DNA from: Octopus sinensis
Taxonomy: Eukaryota
Direction of reading: 5' to 3'
DNA length: 64,000 nucleotides
Assembly: GCF_006345805.1 (NCBI RefSeq)
Contig: NW_021835992.1
Location: forward strand, 310,001-374,000
Each line of letters begins with the position of its first letter. Within the stretch, counting starts at the first letter, position 1. The position numbers and the translations under genes were made by a program. Shown piece by piece: positions 13,316-27,059 of this stretch. Below the pieces are notes generated by a model that was given only the letters and a program-made list of their open reading frames with translations, was not told the DNA's origin and did no database searches.

Positions 13316-14609
13316 GTTTTATCCATGATCACGAGTAACGGAGTTCTCGGTTTTGAAGTGTATTCCGGCTCAAAAAAATTTTTGTATCTCATCCAAATTC
13401 CTAGATGGAGTCCCCTCAAGAAGAGAAAAATTTCCAAAAAGTAGAATCAATAATTAGTCAATTTCTTATCATTTTCGGTTTTGGGTTTAGTTAATAAAGT
13501 TTTTAATTTATTTGATGTCTAACCAATGAGTTATTCACAATAAAATATTGGCTTTGATTAGAATGTTTCTACTTGTTCTACTTTTAATTCACTTAGTGAT
13601 CCAAAGCAATTGTGACTTAACACAACGGTTTTTGAAAAATTGCTTATTTGAATTAGACTTTTGGAAAACTGTAAATTCAATGGAGAAAATGCTGCGGGAC
13701 ATACAACATCAATTTTAATTTCTAGAAACGTTACATTTCCAAATGGAGAAATATTCTCGAATTTAACAAACTTGAACCGATTGTAATCAACATTTTATTA
13801 ACACTAGTCAATGTAATGAAGACTCACTGAAGAGAATACTAAACAACTCGTTTGATGGGTTGATTCACCTAAACTATATGTACATTTAAATATTTTGAAT
13901 CATTAGATCACTATATCGCTGTAGTGGCCTTCGTTACCTGAATATAGATGCCTTTGCACGTTTAGTCGCATTATCATCTCTGTACAAATCTTATTCTAAC
14001 ATTAAAGTTACATGCCATTAAATGCCATTTTCCAGAAGCCAAGAATCAGTCGTCCCCTCCAAATTGCGTATTTTAACTTACTGACTTTGTAGTATTGATA
14101 AAAGCCAGAAAATGTGCATATTCACAAATGAGTCCCAACCCATAATGTATAGTTATGTATTCACATATAAGGATTACGGTAGTAAAGAATAATCTAAATA
14201 TTATTCTAACTGACAAAAGCGTAGAAATAAATGCAGGTACATTACAAGAGCCAGCACTAATCACTGGGGGAGCATATGGTGTGTTAGTTTACTCACAGTA
14301 GATTGCAACCTCTGCCGCCACCCTTTCTCAAGCAATCTTCTATGCTGGAAGGATTGCATTTAATTAAATATTCGGATGTCATTAATTAACTAACTTGATT
14401 ATTCATTCTAATATTTCCTTGTTCCTCTTTTGCGACACCACTTGTCAAAAATTCTTTTTTAGATGCTATTCATGGATTAGCACAGCTTGGATGGACGTGA
14501 AATAAAATACAATATTCCCCTGCTTTAATAAATGTGGCATTCCTGTAAAAATGTAATTTAAACGACAATCATGCAAACAATTTAGTGTTCAGAGAAAGTA
14601 TCTGAACAT

Positions 14610-15125
14610 GTCGCGTCCCAAATCAGCGACTTGCCGAACTCAAAGGGGAAGTTGGATAGACCGGCAGGTCTTTTTCCGTCTCCCCTAGCAAGCCCAGCCG
14701 GTTCTAGGATTGATGAAATACCGGCAGCATTGAGACCCCTCAAGACAACGTTATTTAAGGCTGTGTGGCGTGGTGCCCGCCCAGCACTGCGTCTTTGGGA
14801 CGCGACATGTTCAGATACTTTCTCTGAACCTAATCTTCCCTTGTCAGCCGTCGCAGCCGGTTCGGTGTCCCTTAGAACAGAAAAGCTTAAGATTGCGAAA
14901 TATAGAGAACTCTCGGAGCGATATCTATTCGCCCCTGTTGCTGTCGAGACTTCAGGGGTTATTGGGGAAAATTCTTTGACTTTCCTCTATAAGCTCGGAC
15001 GTCTGATCTCTCTGAAGAGAAATGACACACGCGAGACGGGCTGGCTCCTTCAGAAGATTTCCCTTGCCATCGTACGAGGAAACTGTTTCTCCATCTACGA
15101 AGCGGGGAAGTCCTCTAACTAACTT
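14610..15125 (+). mobile_element. CRE-clade RLE fragment; its 3' end is duplicated at ~15270-15395
   Basis: [13 protein letters not shown]...[23 protein letters not shown]...WLLQKISLAIVRGNCFSI. Confidence 0.85.
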
Positions 15126-15601
15126 TAGTTTCATTTTGATTTTTTTCGGTTAAAAGAAATAAATGTTATAAATTTCTATTTAGTGTTCATATCCTTCATG
15201 AATAAACTAGTCGATAATCACGTAACAGAGAAAGAATTTGTCAACTTAGACTTTCCTCAAAAAGCTGGGTCGTCTGATTTCTTGCAAGAGAAACGACACA
15301 CGTGAGTGTGGATAGCTCCTACAGAGGATTTCCCTTGCCATTGTACGTGGAAACTGTTTCTCCATCTACAAGGCGGGGAAGTCCTCTTGTTAACTCTCTT
15401 TTCTCTCTGTTTTCTTTTAAGAAATAAAAAAAAACTTAGACTTTTAACTACCCACTGAAAATCTCAAAGAATAGGAGCTATAAAAGATTTGGGATATAGT
15501 CACGAACCATAGCTTCAGTCGACACACTTAACGTTCAGTGGCTATTTTTCGATTGTAACCAATGCTGTCAGATTTACTCGATGTAATTGTGAACAGAACA
15601 C

Positions 15602-16690
15602 GTTGAGCGACAACTCGTCTAAGGCGAGTTGTCGCCTAACTCGCCTAAATTTATTTGGCGACAACTCGTCTACGAAGAAAAATATTTTAAGGGTAAATAA
15701 AATAAAATTTTAAAACAATTACTTTTTATTCTGAACTTTTAAAGCAAATCAAACCATCAATTAGCTTAAAATAGCAATCTACTTCAAATTCATGCAAATT
15801 TTCACATGCTATTCTCAGTTCAAGTTTCTTTTTGCAGTCTGTCGCAGACACTCCATTCCTGTCGCATCAAGAAAAATTTTTTCAAATTTCAATAAAACAT
15901 TTTCCACAGTGATGAAAGCTAAATGGTAGCATTTCCTCAATAATTTTCGTTCCCACGATGAAACGTCTTTGTAGGCTCCCACAAGACCAAGACATTGTAT
16001 TTTCCGCCATATCATTTGGCCGAAATGGAAATTGCAGCCAAATACATTAGACGACGAAAAAACTGATTTTGTGGAGTTAATTAACCCCTTTTCAAAATCA
16101 ATTAAAATAATTGCTGGTGAAGTAACAACAAGTGTCTTTATTCCTTCAAATAATGCACAGTAGGCATTTTCTGTATCGCAAACTTCCAGGAATTTTAGGA
16201 ATGGTCGGAACAAAATTTGGTATCAGTGTTTCTCTTTCCCGTTGAACGAGACGAGTCAATGAACGTTCCTTTGGCAATATTTTAATGACGTCAACATTGG
16301 CTCCAATGAGGCTTCTTGACACCACATTCATAGTTCTGTCTTCTGACGCCTTTGCGGCATCTTTCAGGTCAGAAACTAGTTTCATGCTTTTTATTTCATG
16401 ATCCTCAAAGGGGCCATGGTTATGAGCATTTTTTGTGCTCAACTTGTTTTGAGCATCCACCGTGCACCTCGCCCTGCATTCTCGATTTCTGCACCTCCAA
16501 TAGGTAAGACCGTCTTTTTTCTATCTGTATTATACAAATATTTCCGGTGTAGTAAAAGTTTGCTATTTCTTTGGCTTTTAAGTGCCCACCAATTAGAAGG
16601 TATTTGTCGATAAATTGGCCAACACATCTGAAAAATCATTCCTAAAAATTAAATTTGAGAAAACAGAATATACAATAGTTAGGCGATGAA
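15602..16690 (-). mobile_element. MULE (Mutator) transposon relic
   Basis: HNHGP motif of the FLYWCH-like N-terminus, core PAIILIDFEKGLINSTKSVF...GCNFHFGQMIWRKIQ; GC-rich GGCGACAACTCG terminal repeats at 15602-15675. Confidence 0.85.
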
Positions 16691-16914
16691 AACAAGAACA
16701 TGAGGAAAATGGAGAAATAAAACAAAACTTGCACTCTTTTAGAAGATACAGCGGACATAGTACAAACAAATTTCGACCTCTCTAAAAATCAAATTATACA
16801 ACATGCTACTGAAACCGGTCTTATTGTACAATTTTTCTACATAAAAAATACGTAAAAATCATATATTCAAAAACTTTAATTTCATTTTAGTCATACCTGC
16901 CTAGTGGAGACTTA

Positions 16915-17744
16915 ATGAGTCGTATTCAACTATCAAAAATCGGGCAAAAAATTAAGAGAATCCCCACTAAAATATACCAATCATTTGAGGACAAGTTTGG
17001 TATAACAGAAATAAAACACACTCAGGATTATATCAATCAAGTAAATCACAATTTTAAAAATTCAGGTTGAAAAAAACTTGATCGCACTGCAGCACGTGCG
17101 GTATGATTTACAAAAAAAATGGCAACAAAAACAAGAATCTTTGACTCACCTTCGACACCAACTCGACCGAATAGACCGTTCAAATCCAGAATACGTCAAT
17201 CTAATAACCAAAGTAAAATATATTAAAACAATAATAGGAACACGAATTATTGTTAAATGAACGTAAAATAAAGCAACAACTCGAGGACAGTGATCAAAAA
17301 GAAAGAAACGAATTTAATTCATTTTCTGCAGCTCTTCGGAGTAACCACGAAAAGGAACGACTACGTGCCGAGAGCACAAAATATATATCTTTGATTGGCT
17401 CGATTGTTGGTGCCCTGATTGGGTTATTTGCATCCTCAATAAACAACAACTATCGAACAAATAAACTTGTTTCTTCTCTTTCGTTAGCTTGTAATCATTT
17501 TGAGTGTTTGATGGAAGGAGTTGTGGAGAGATTGGAATCACTGGAAGGTCGATTGTCGAGTCAGTTGGAAAAGGATTGTATTGAGGGAGGGGTAGAAAGT
17601 GATGTGGGGGAGACAGACCCTGTCGGGGTATTAGAGGAGACTATTTTCTATGAGCCTTCTTCCGAAATTACTGTTGAGTCGATTGCATTATTTTCATCAC
17701 TATTATATATGGCTGCACTTTTATGCTTTTCGTTTATAAAATAA
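16915..17744 (+). CDS. CCDC51: Coiled-coil domain protein 51 (MITOK, mitochondrial K+ channel subunit)
   Basis: Spliced ...LDRIDRSNPEYVNLITK|EHELLLNERKIK...FSAALRSNHEKERLRAESTKYISLIGSIVGALIG; two 25-nt introns; start codon tentative. Confidence 0.85.
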
Positions 17745-17799
17745 TTGTCTTAAATTTACACAAATATATTTTCACAAAAATTACACTGCTTTTCTCCTT

Positions 17800-18340
17800 C
17801 ATGTCCGCAAATGGTGATCTCAAAGAACACAATATGGCTTTTAAACCTACCTAAAGATCAAAGAGGCGATCAAGTAATTTCTAATTTGGAGGACCTATAA
17901 AGAACAATCCTCGTTACTTTATACGAAATGGGTGTCTGACACCTCCACTGACCTTACTTTTTGCTGTACATATATCTCTGTTAGGACTTTCTAGAAAATC
18001 TTATATGGCCTCGCATCTGATAACATCCCCATTTTGATTGAAATCAAACTAAAATCACCACGGGATATAAAAAAGAAATCATTTATCAATTACAGGCATG
18101 GGAGATAAGTTTCAACAACTTACGAAACAATCCTCCCTAAACTCCTATACTTCCTCGTTTAATTCAGTAGAATCTACAGTAGAATTCTGCAACATTTGTT
18201 TTGAGGCAGTATCACATTTCATATTAGAAAATTGTCAAATGAAACTCTTTCATCTCGTCTATTGGCTCAAGTACAAAACCAAATCAATTCTGGAGAACAC
18301 TGCTGGGAATGTCTCTTTCAAAATCAGACGAATCTCTTGA
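17800..18340 (+). mobile_element. LINE endonuclease/linker relic
   Basis: DLTF and ASDNIPILI motifs (SDHxP-like); degenerate. Confidence 0.4.
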
Positions 18341-18494
18341 GTAAAGCAAGTAAAAAGTTGACCTAAAAAATTGACCTTTTAAAAGTCAATAAATGTTGAT
18401 ACAAATACTTCTTCACTAAATCTAACTGAAACAGTTGTCTCAGCAAATATTTTATTATATAAACTAAGTAATCCTACCTTAATAAATTTGTTGG

Positions 18495-18561
18495 TCTCCT
18501 CTAATACCCCGACAGGGTCTGTCTTCCCCACATAACTTTCTACATCTTCCTCAATACAATC
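18495..18561 (-). repeat. Inverted 67-bp copy of the CCDC51 3' coding region (17574-17640)
   Basis: Reverse complement GATTGTATTGAGGAAGATGTAGAAAGTTATGTGGGGAAGACAGACCCTGTCGGGGTATTAGAGGAGA aligns to 17574-17640. Confidence 0.85.
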
Positions 18562-18699
18562 ACCAACGTCCCATTTGTTGACTCGTTTTCTGCGACGGTT
18601 TCCAAAAAAGTCAGCTCAATGTAACACAGAAATATCCTCTTTTTCACTAATAGAATAAAATACCCAACTGTTCAGGCTGAGGAGTTAAAGAAGAGAAAA

Positions 18700-18890
18700 T
18701 ATGTATGCATTTCGGACACCTTCAAGTTTGTTCCCCTTGCATTTGAAACCTCTGGAATCGTCAAAAAAGCTGCGAATCAATTTCTTTCTGACATTGAAGG
18801 AAAATTTCGACGAAAACTAACGACAGAGGAAGACTAGCTGGCTTTTCCAGCAAATCTTGGTTGTTGTGCTCCGCGGAAACTGCCACTAAA
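18700..18890 (+). mobile_element. Degenerate CRE 3' fragment
   Basis: FVPLAFETSG and WLFQQILVVVLRGN; its tip is similar to ~490-540. Confidence 0.65.
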
Positions 18891-19383
18891 AAGCGGATTC
18901 GTTGAACTAACCCTCGGGGTCTCGACTATTTTTTTGTTACTTACTTTGTCTGTTCTCATTTGTAATAAAAATATCTGTATTTGACATTCCATATTTGTAT
19001 GATAATTTGTCATAATTAAATAAAATATACAACATATGCAATTTATTGGTGTTGTTTACCTGAGTCAATTTCTTAATATTCTTTTGGAAATGTTATACTG
19101 GTGAAACTTAAAAAATATCTATTTTTCAATACTTTTAATCTCTTTTATGAAAACTATATTTTGAAATTAAATGATAGGTAAATTAAGGAAATTGAAAGTA
19201 GATTCACACCAATAAAGTCCTTAGTTGACGATTATTAAGTGAGATAATTAGACCACAAAAAAAAAACGAGAAGGATATGTAGCGTGTTCAAGAATTTTAG
19301 TTAGTTTTCTTAATAAAAAGAAAGTATACCGTAAAAAGTCTCGATTAGTAAAAAGTTGTTAGTATATTGTTAATTAAACAGTT

Positions 19384-19842
19384 TTACGGGAGTAAAACAT
19401 TTTCAATGACATTTCCATCTAAATTCGTAATAGGTTCATCTCGTATTTTAGGTAAATCTTCATTTGGGTTATTGTAAGATTTTTCGGAAATATTTATATC
19501 ATGTTCATTTGTATATTTGTGAGAAACCAGTGAATTTTGACCAAATCGGTCCATTTCGGGAAAATTCATATTTCTATTTTGCTGTGGTCTATTATGAAAT
19601 CTTTGTCTTGGTCTAGAATTTTCCAAATGACCTCCAAATTTTCTGTCGAAATATTCTTTACGACTTTTGATATAATTCAAATATTTATAAAAATCTGGGT
19701 AATGTTCGGCAAGCTCAGACTCAGATTCAAACAATTCACGTTCAAGTGGATTTTCAAATTCTTCACCAAAATCAATCTCCGGTTTATAGAATCCGTGTAT
19801 TTTTAAACTTAGTAGTAATACAGAAAATAAAAATTTGTTCAT
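19384..19842 (-). CDS. Orphan secreted protein, 152 aa
   Basis: Uninterrupted ORF in very AT-rich DNA, N-terminal signal-like MNKFLFSVLLLSLKIHG, acidic then N/Q/R-rich body; no recognised family. Confidence 0.55.
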   Translation of the reverse strand: MNKFLFSVLLLSLKIHGFYKPEIDFGEEFENPLERELFESESELAEHYPDFYKYLNYIKSRKEYFDRKFGGHLENSRPRQRFHNRPQQNRNMNFPEMDRFGQNSLVSHKYTNEHDINISEKSYNNPNEDLPKIRDEPITNLDGNVIENVLLP

Positions 19843-21189
19843 TATTTACAGTTTTATCAAGCTCTTTATATAGTATTTTTAACGTCATTAATACGCAATG
19901 CTATATTTATTTACAAAACTAAATCAAGATTTTGATGATATTATGCTTATTTCCGTCAAGCTAAATTACGAAAAATAAAAATAGTCATTAAATTACTCGT
20001 TTGAAAATTAACGATTTTCGGTGTTAGTTGTTTTTGTAAATAAAAAATTATCATATAATGTTTCTAAAAAGTGATCAGAAATAGTATTCGATTAGTAACA
20101 AATGATATTTTTTTCCAATACACGTATTATCATTTTGAACATTGTATGATAATCTGAAACAACTATCATCAAATGATAAATATTTTTTATCTACAACAGT
20201 AATGATATCCGATAGTTTTTAATAACGATAAGATGAAAATATAAAGAAATTTAATTCAAATCTAAAATTACATTTCTAATTTATCGAATTTTCTTTTTAC
20301 AATATTTTGTATAAATAATACAATTTTTAGTAAAAAAATAAAATTTTACATCATTATTTTATCCACAAATCACCAGGTTAGAATGACAAAAACTCCCCAA
20401 CTGACTAACTTATCCCAGACTTTTAAAAGGCGAACCTTGTCATAAAAATTGAGTAAAATTTACTTTGTAAGCATTGAGAATACGGAAATAGAAACAGGCC
20501 ACCAGTTTACCATTGTTTCTCACTTTTGGTTAAGTTCAAACTCAACGGGGAAACTTAAATCTGTATTATTTTAAAAACCATTTTTACGGGATGTTACACA
20601 AATATCGCATAAATTTCAACATAAAGCTCCGCCGTAAGCAATTGAAAGTTCATAGAGAAATTCTTGGATAATTCTCTAGGCTTTCAAGTAAATGGATTTT
20701 TTAGTTTAGGCATTATAACAACAGTTAAATGATAATCAGAGTAGTTGGAATTATAATATTTATATTAAAAAAATTTCTGAGGGAAAATTTAAAAATGACA
20801 CAAAATTGACAAAGTTGAATTAAAAAATTTTAAACTGATGTCGGTTTTAACTTATGTATTTCTAGTATAGTTATAATAAAATAACTATTTTTGTTGAGTT
20901 GACTTTATTTACTTTTGGTTACCCTACTCATTTGGTTGTCCTATCAAGAATACTCTTACCAATGTTTATCCAGACTCAGGCCAACATACTAATAAATCAT
21001 TATGCAAAACTTAGCCAGATTCCAAAGACAAAAATCTCTAGAACATAAACGGTCAATTGACGGTATAAACTCTTTCAATAATAATTTCAAGTTTATGTAT
21101 TTGACGGAATTATTGGAAACTCAAAATATTTTTGCCTATAATATTTATAAGTAATCTTTTAATAACAAAACAACAAATAATTTAGTTAG

Positions 21190-21655
21190 TATTATGCTTA
21201 TGATATATATGTAGCCTGGCGGATTGCCAAACTGTTTCCCCGGATAATTGCGATCGAGAACCGTTGCATTAGCCAGTCCGCCTCCCGAGGATCATGGGTG
21301 CGAATTGAGATTTTGGCTCCGAGCTTGCGAAGGAACTTTTCAGTTTTTGGACCGAGAGCACCCGACGTCTCCGCCGCTATCGGCACCACGGAAAACTTCT
21401 CCGAGAGGGCAGAATATTTTGATAGCTTTAAATCTTCAGCCTTCTTAGCTGCAGATTTAGCCTCCAGAGCACACAAAGTTAAATGAGAAGCAGAAAAGGT
21501 GTCCCAGCAAGTTGCATCTCATACGAGGCCTTTTCCTCCTTCAAAGGGGATAAGGGTCATCCCGTCAGGACGTTTCCCATCGCCACGGTCAAGACATAGC
21601 GGCACGTGTGCGGGACACATTGCCTTAGTCCGAGGCGCAGAGAGACTCCGATCCT
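21190..21655 (-). mobile_element. CRE-clade retrotransposon, family B, internally deleted
   Basis: LDRGDGKRPDG...CWDTF...LSKYSALSEKFSVVPIAAETSG...QRFSIAIIRGN; its 5' part matches 54775-54830; sister copy at 41860-42290. Confidence 0.85.
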
Positions 21656-22019
21656 TACCGCTTTTATAAGTAATTGAATTTAAAAGATACGACCTTTTTA
21701 CAAAAATGGTTCTGAAGACGTTTCCGGAGAGATAATCAGAAATTCTTCCAAAGTTTTTAATAACTCTAATAACAAAATTCTCGAAATTAATATTAATGAT
21801 GTAACAATCATTGAATTCACAGAAAGTGAAAAATTTATGAAATATTAAATTTCCTCAGAAGATTCAGAAAATACAAGACACGAATTTGAAAAAACAAGAC
21901 ATACAAACAAAATAGATATTAAAGTTAGATTAACTGCAATAAAGAGGAAACTTATACCAAATGTTAAGAATGAACATAAAGTTTCTCTAATTTCTTTAAT
22001 AACATAACATAACAATTCG

Positions 22020-22680
22020 ATGCACTACAGTTATTACACAACCACTTTGATAAAAATACTTTTTTATACTTAAAAATAACTATAACATCAAGACATTATT
22101 CTGAACAAAATTAATCCAGTTATTCAATACTATTCACGAGTTTTCAAAATTACATAAATTAAAGTTAATTCAAACATTTAATGATTTTGTCGAACGCAAA
22201 ATAAAAAAATTCAATAAAAATACTTTTTATAATTACAAAATAGCTATCACATTGAAGCATCATTCTGAAAATTGTTTATAAATTCGTACATCGTAGGCGA
22301 CAGATACCAAAATCCAGAATATATTAAGAAACTCAAAAAACCACAATATTATTGAATGAGAAGAGTTAATGTCCCCATTTACAGTTCAATTCTTGTTTGT
22401 TTTGCATACTGAATATTGCATTTGCTCTCGACATGTGGTTATAAAAACTAACAAAATCAATATTTACAAACTTTACGAAGCCTTATCTTTCTCCTATTCC
22501 TTTTATTTTCACTCCGTTCATCCTGCTTATACTGGCCACGGCGTCCTAAAGTTAAATTTGTAGTTTCAAACCTCTGAAACTCCACAAAACCATAGCCAGC
22601 ACTTGCTCCTGTAGAACTGGATCGGATTATCATTACAGCAATATAAAGTTAACTTATTCAGACAATCGGATCTATATAAA
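22020..22680 (-). repeat. Dispersed unclassified repeat, inverted relative to 37270-37930
   Basis: Shared blocks such as ATACTGGCCACGGCGTCCTAAAGTTAAATTTGTAGTTTCAAACCTCTGAAACTCC and GACATTATTCTGAACAAA. Confidence 0.7.
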
Positions 22681-23075
22681 CCGTGACTAATAAAAAACTC
22701 CCACTGACTGCTCTTATTTCCCTCGATCAGTGATATTATTTTATGTAGGCATCTCTAAAATACATTAATGATTAGAAAACAAATTAATGCCGTTTCTGTC
22801 GACTGTTCTTATAGGCTCTGAGCTGATTCCCTTAATTTTTTAAACTTAAAAATACTTTTTAATTCATGGGTATTACAGAATATTAAAATTTATTAAATGG
22901 CACCATGACTTTTTGAGCCCGCATGCTTTTATTTGCATCTAAAAAAATTAAGAAAAGACATGAAAATTCGCTTTGAAAATTCACCAAATTAAAAATTTTT
23001 TGTTCGGTCCATAAATTTATTTGAAACGTAATTTATCTCAAAAAATAACAGAAAATTTATTAAATCTGAATTATG

Positions 23076-23343
23076 ATTTTGAAGCTAAAGTCAACAAACA
23101 TGGATATCAACAATTCTTGATTACATATAGGAATAAATATCCTCAATTGTGGAATGAAGTTGAAACGCATTTCCTACAACATATCTAGTTGAAAGAATAT
23201 TTTGTGCAGTCTCCAATATTTTGACCAAACAAAGAAATAAATTGCAAATTGTGAATAGAGGAGATTTGAGACTTCATCTGTCAAATAGTAAAGCTGACAT
23301 AATGAAACTAACAAATTCTCATCAGACACAAGGCAGTCATTAA
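23076..23343 (+). mobile_element. hAT (SCAND3/ZBED-like) transposase C-terminal relic
   Basis: FPTTYLVERIFCAVSNILTKQRNKLQIVNRGDLRL...QTQGSH*. Confidence 0.75.
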
Positions 23344-23686
23344 AATTTTTAAATAAAGTTTTGTTTATGAATATTTTTAATCATAAGAAAATGCCGAAAT
23401 TTTGAAGCATCAAAATTCTGTCAAAAGGAGGCGCTGAGTTAAGAACAACTGTTCTAACCGAAAGATAGTTCTAAATACCCAATCTTCCAAAGTTTTTCGA
23501 TCCAAGTTGATGCATCACTATTGAAAATCAAGTCAAAATATTATTCATTTTTACGAAGTGTTCTTTTGTCAGCCGTGATGAAAATGTCTATTTTAATCCC
23601 TCTTTGACACACTTATTTCAAAAGACAGAACTATCATAGAAACTCACGCCAGTAAAGTTCGAACAAAAAACAATTTAAGATTTTAT

Positions 23687-25717
23687 TTAGCAAGAATGAA
23701 CAGCTTTATCAACAGTAGACAACAAGACCTTAGCACCACTACAATCCATCTTCCTGAGAGCAGGAATAAACGACCTCAACATACCAACAAGCCTCTCTCC
23801 CACATTGCATGAAAATAGACTAAGCATGAGTGTGACTACCCACCTGACAATCACAAAACATCCCCGATTACAAGCAATCCATTTCTCCACGACTGATTCG
23901 CTCATTTTGTCCATCAAAATCTCAGCAAACCCACCTATAATAAATAATTATTGTTAAAACAAACCATGTGATGCACATATTAAATGTTTGAGTAATAAAT
24001 GACCAGTTGGATGTTCAAATAAATCATCCTGTGTGGCCAATTCAGCCACAACCGAAAATATTTTAATTCGAATATCTACGAATATGTCCCAATACATCTC
24101 ACCTCTACATACTCCACCAATATCATCATTCCCCAAATCAACAATGGTCAAGGCCGCGACTAGAAACCACAATCTAGTCTTGCTTGTACATAACTTTCGA
24201 ATGTGTGTCTCGATGTACTCAAATATGCCTATTCTACAATAAGAGAACAATCCTTTGGGGAGTTCATTCTCACATCCCTGTGGAATATAAACACACAATC
24301 TGACTGAAATAGTTCTGAGAGACCCGGGGACCAGTCGTTCGTCAGTAGGGAGGAGGATAAATGCCAATACTCTAAATCCATATTTGTCCTCCATCAATAC
24401 ATCAACCGAACTCATTAATTCCTATAATTTAAATATATCTCAAGTGGATTAACTTTAAATATAAATAGCAGTTGAGTGTCGTGCACGTGTGAGAGTAGTG
24501 CCACCAACACAAGGTGGCCATGATCATCTACTGCAGCTCTACAAACAAAGGTCTTTAGTTGTGTGAGGACTGTCTCATGATCCTACAACATCAATGGAGG
24601 AGTATACCTTGGATGACCCCTCTTTAATGCATTTAATCGCCACCTTACTTCCATATAAAGTGTGCATTATATGAGGAAGACGCTCACATAGACATTCTAT
24701 CAACTCCTATTTATTAATCACATGTTCCCACATTTTTATCCGACATAGCACAGCAGTTGATGTAGTCATAGATCAGGCGGTGTACGAGAGATGACTGAAA
24801 TGAGGCCCTGGGGGTATACTGAGTGATGTACCGGTCGATCAAAGGAATGACAATCTCTTTGATGTGATTAAGCACTGACTCCTTATGGGACTGGGTCGTG
24901 TTGGTAATAAAGTCAGTCAAGGACTGTGAAGGACTGGTCTGTAGTAGTAGAAATGTGAATATACTCTATGAAGGGTGTAGTTAGGGCCAAAGAACTCGCA
25001 CAGCATTTCATTCTGTTGTTGTTTAGTGGCTTCTTCGCTGTAAAACTGTTCTACAATCACGGAGGCTTCCTACTAATTTAATCACTCACTAAACAACCGC
25101 GTGTTTTATTAATTGCGGAATTTTCCCGCTCATGAATTTAAATATTGATAGCTTTTCTGGTTTACCACTAAAAAATAAATAATAATTAAAAACCCATATT
25201 TTAAAAATTTAAGAAGTATATGTTTCCCATATTTCGAGAGCAACATATCAGGAACTCTCTCTACGAGCAATAAAAGGAAATAAAAACCTTTAAGCATGTC
25301 AAAAAGCAGCAGCCTTTGATGTTTGTCTCCAAATTTAATCACAGTTTGAACTATTCTGCTGGCACTTGCACACAAAATGTACTAAAAATGACCGAGGAAT
25401 TGTACATCTGCGAGGGATGACTTGGCAGTGTTTATTATCTTGGAAATGAGGTTCTGTCGTTCGGATGGAGAGAGCTTTTTTCTGAAAAATATTAGTTTTT
25501 TATACCGACGAAGGGACTCCCACATGATCTTCAGTTTTTTGATCATTTCCTGTTTTTTAACACGGGGAGAGAGCTTTTTTTCTTTTTGTTGAATCAGAGG
25601 ATTGTTTTGACTTTGTTTAGTTGTTTTGATATTTTCAATTTTAGCTTTTTTTGGTTTTTTGACGTTCATATCGTTAATGCTTTTCTTTCTTTTTGCTCCT
25701 GTTTGTATTCGAGCCAT
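23687..25717 (-). CDS. PUM3: Pumilio homolog 3 (Puf-A/Puf6), multi-exon
   Basis: Lys-rich N-terminus, KIMWESLRR, ASRIVQTVIKFGDKHQR, LSKYGKHILLKFLKYG, SSLVHRLIYDY, EHPTGHLLLKHLI; many short introns, not all mapped. Confidence 0.85.
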
Positions 25718-27059
25718 TTATCACAGTGTGAGACCACAAAAAGTAAAACGTGATTTTAATAAGTTTATTAATATAATAAATTTATCTATTTATATATATA
25801 AATTAATTTTATATTAATCAGTAAAAAACATGAGGGCATAACTAAGTATATTTTGTTCACTTACCAAAAAATAATCGCCAATTTGATCTTATCTATTTGA
25901 ACAATTTTTGCCTGACATCTTTGGGGTTGTTTGTGAAAGATGAATATAATTTGGTGAAGTCATTATTTTATAACAGATCGATTTTGTCAAGCATAGGAAG
26001 TATCGAATCAAACAGAAAATCGTTTGTCTGTAGTAAATGAAGAGAGCTGGGACTTGGATGTATATACAGCCATATATTAGGCATAGGTCAAGCGTAGCAT
26101 CTTGAATTCCTGGCTTTCATTAAGCTGTTAATCATTCTTAAAGCTATCCAGAAAGTAACATTTGAGTTTTTTAGAATAACAGACTAACACGCAGCAAGAA
26201 TTATTGTATAAATATGAAAGACTGAACTAGTCTAACCTACATCCATGTGAACACTTTGGGAAATCTTCATCGTTGACAACTGTGTATGATGACACATTTA
26301 TCACTAATTGAACCATGCAGAAGGAGAAATACGTCGTTCCATTCTCATATAGTCCCGAATCAATTAATTTTTTAATAGTTACATTTGAATCTTTTAGATT
26401 TCAAACATCAAATATATTTTGTACACACACCATTTTCGAGCAGAAAGCGTATTGTGTAAGTTGACTTATTATAGTTTGATTCCAGTTGAAGATTATTTTT
26501 TGGCTGATGTCAGACAGTATTATTTTTGAAAATGTGTTTAGAAATTTTTCTGCATTAAAATTTGATAAAAAATCACACTTGCACTTTGAAGACGATAGTG
26601 TAAATCAAAACTGCCGTCAATATTGTACGGATCCTACCAATTTTCTGTGTAATGTAATTAATTAGTAACTAATGAATTAATATTTGGATTGACTTTCCTG
26701 GTTTAATAATTATTTCCTTGTTTAATTTTTATTAATTATCGGGTCGGGAAAGCATTGACGGGTAATTGGACAAATATTCCAGCCTAATTGGGTTAGCATC
26801 TCCTCTTACCCTAAATAATAGTGTATCCTACACATTGCTAAGTTATAAATTTCTATTCCCGGTGTTGAAAGTGATTTTCTTGGGTTATCATGTCATTATT
26901 AGAAAATTTTAATGAAAATGTAAAATTAGGCAGATTGAAGAGACCGCGAAAATCAGCGCAAAATCAATATATTTGAACAGGGAATGATGAAGACTACTCA
27001 CGTTCTGACCTTTTTGGCCAATTCTAGGTACGACAAGTCGAGAATGTAGTCTCTTTTAT

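Noticed and set aside
14020-14340. Possible spliced membrane-protein gene on the minus strand
   Set aside because: Two plausible 25-29-nt introns exist, but there is no start, no recognisable family and no unique frame.
25870-26400. Possible ZCCHC4-like remnant on the minus strand (FPKCSHG and spaced cysteines)
   Set aside because: Similarity is too weak and broken by stops to support a call.
26750-26900. GC-richer block considered as snRNA, RNase P/MRP or telomerase RNA (contains ACCCTAA)
   Set aside because: No convincing Sm site, U2/U5 loop or P4 helix; a 7-nt match is expected by chance. An Infernal/Rfam scan would be needed.
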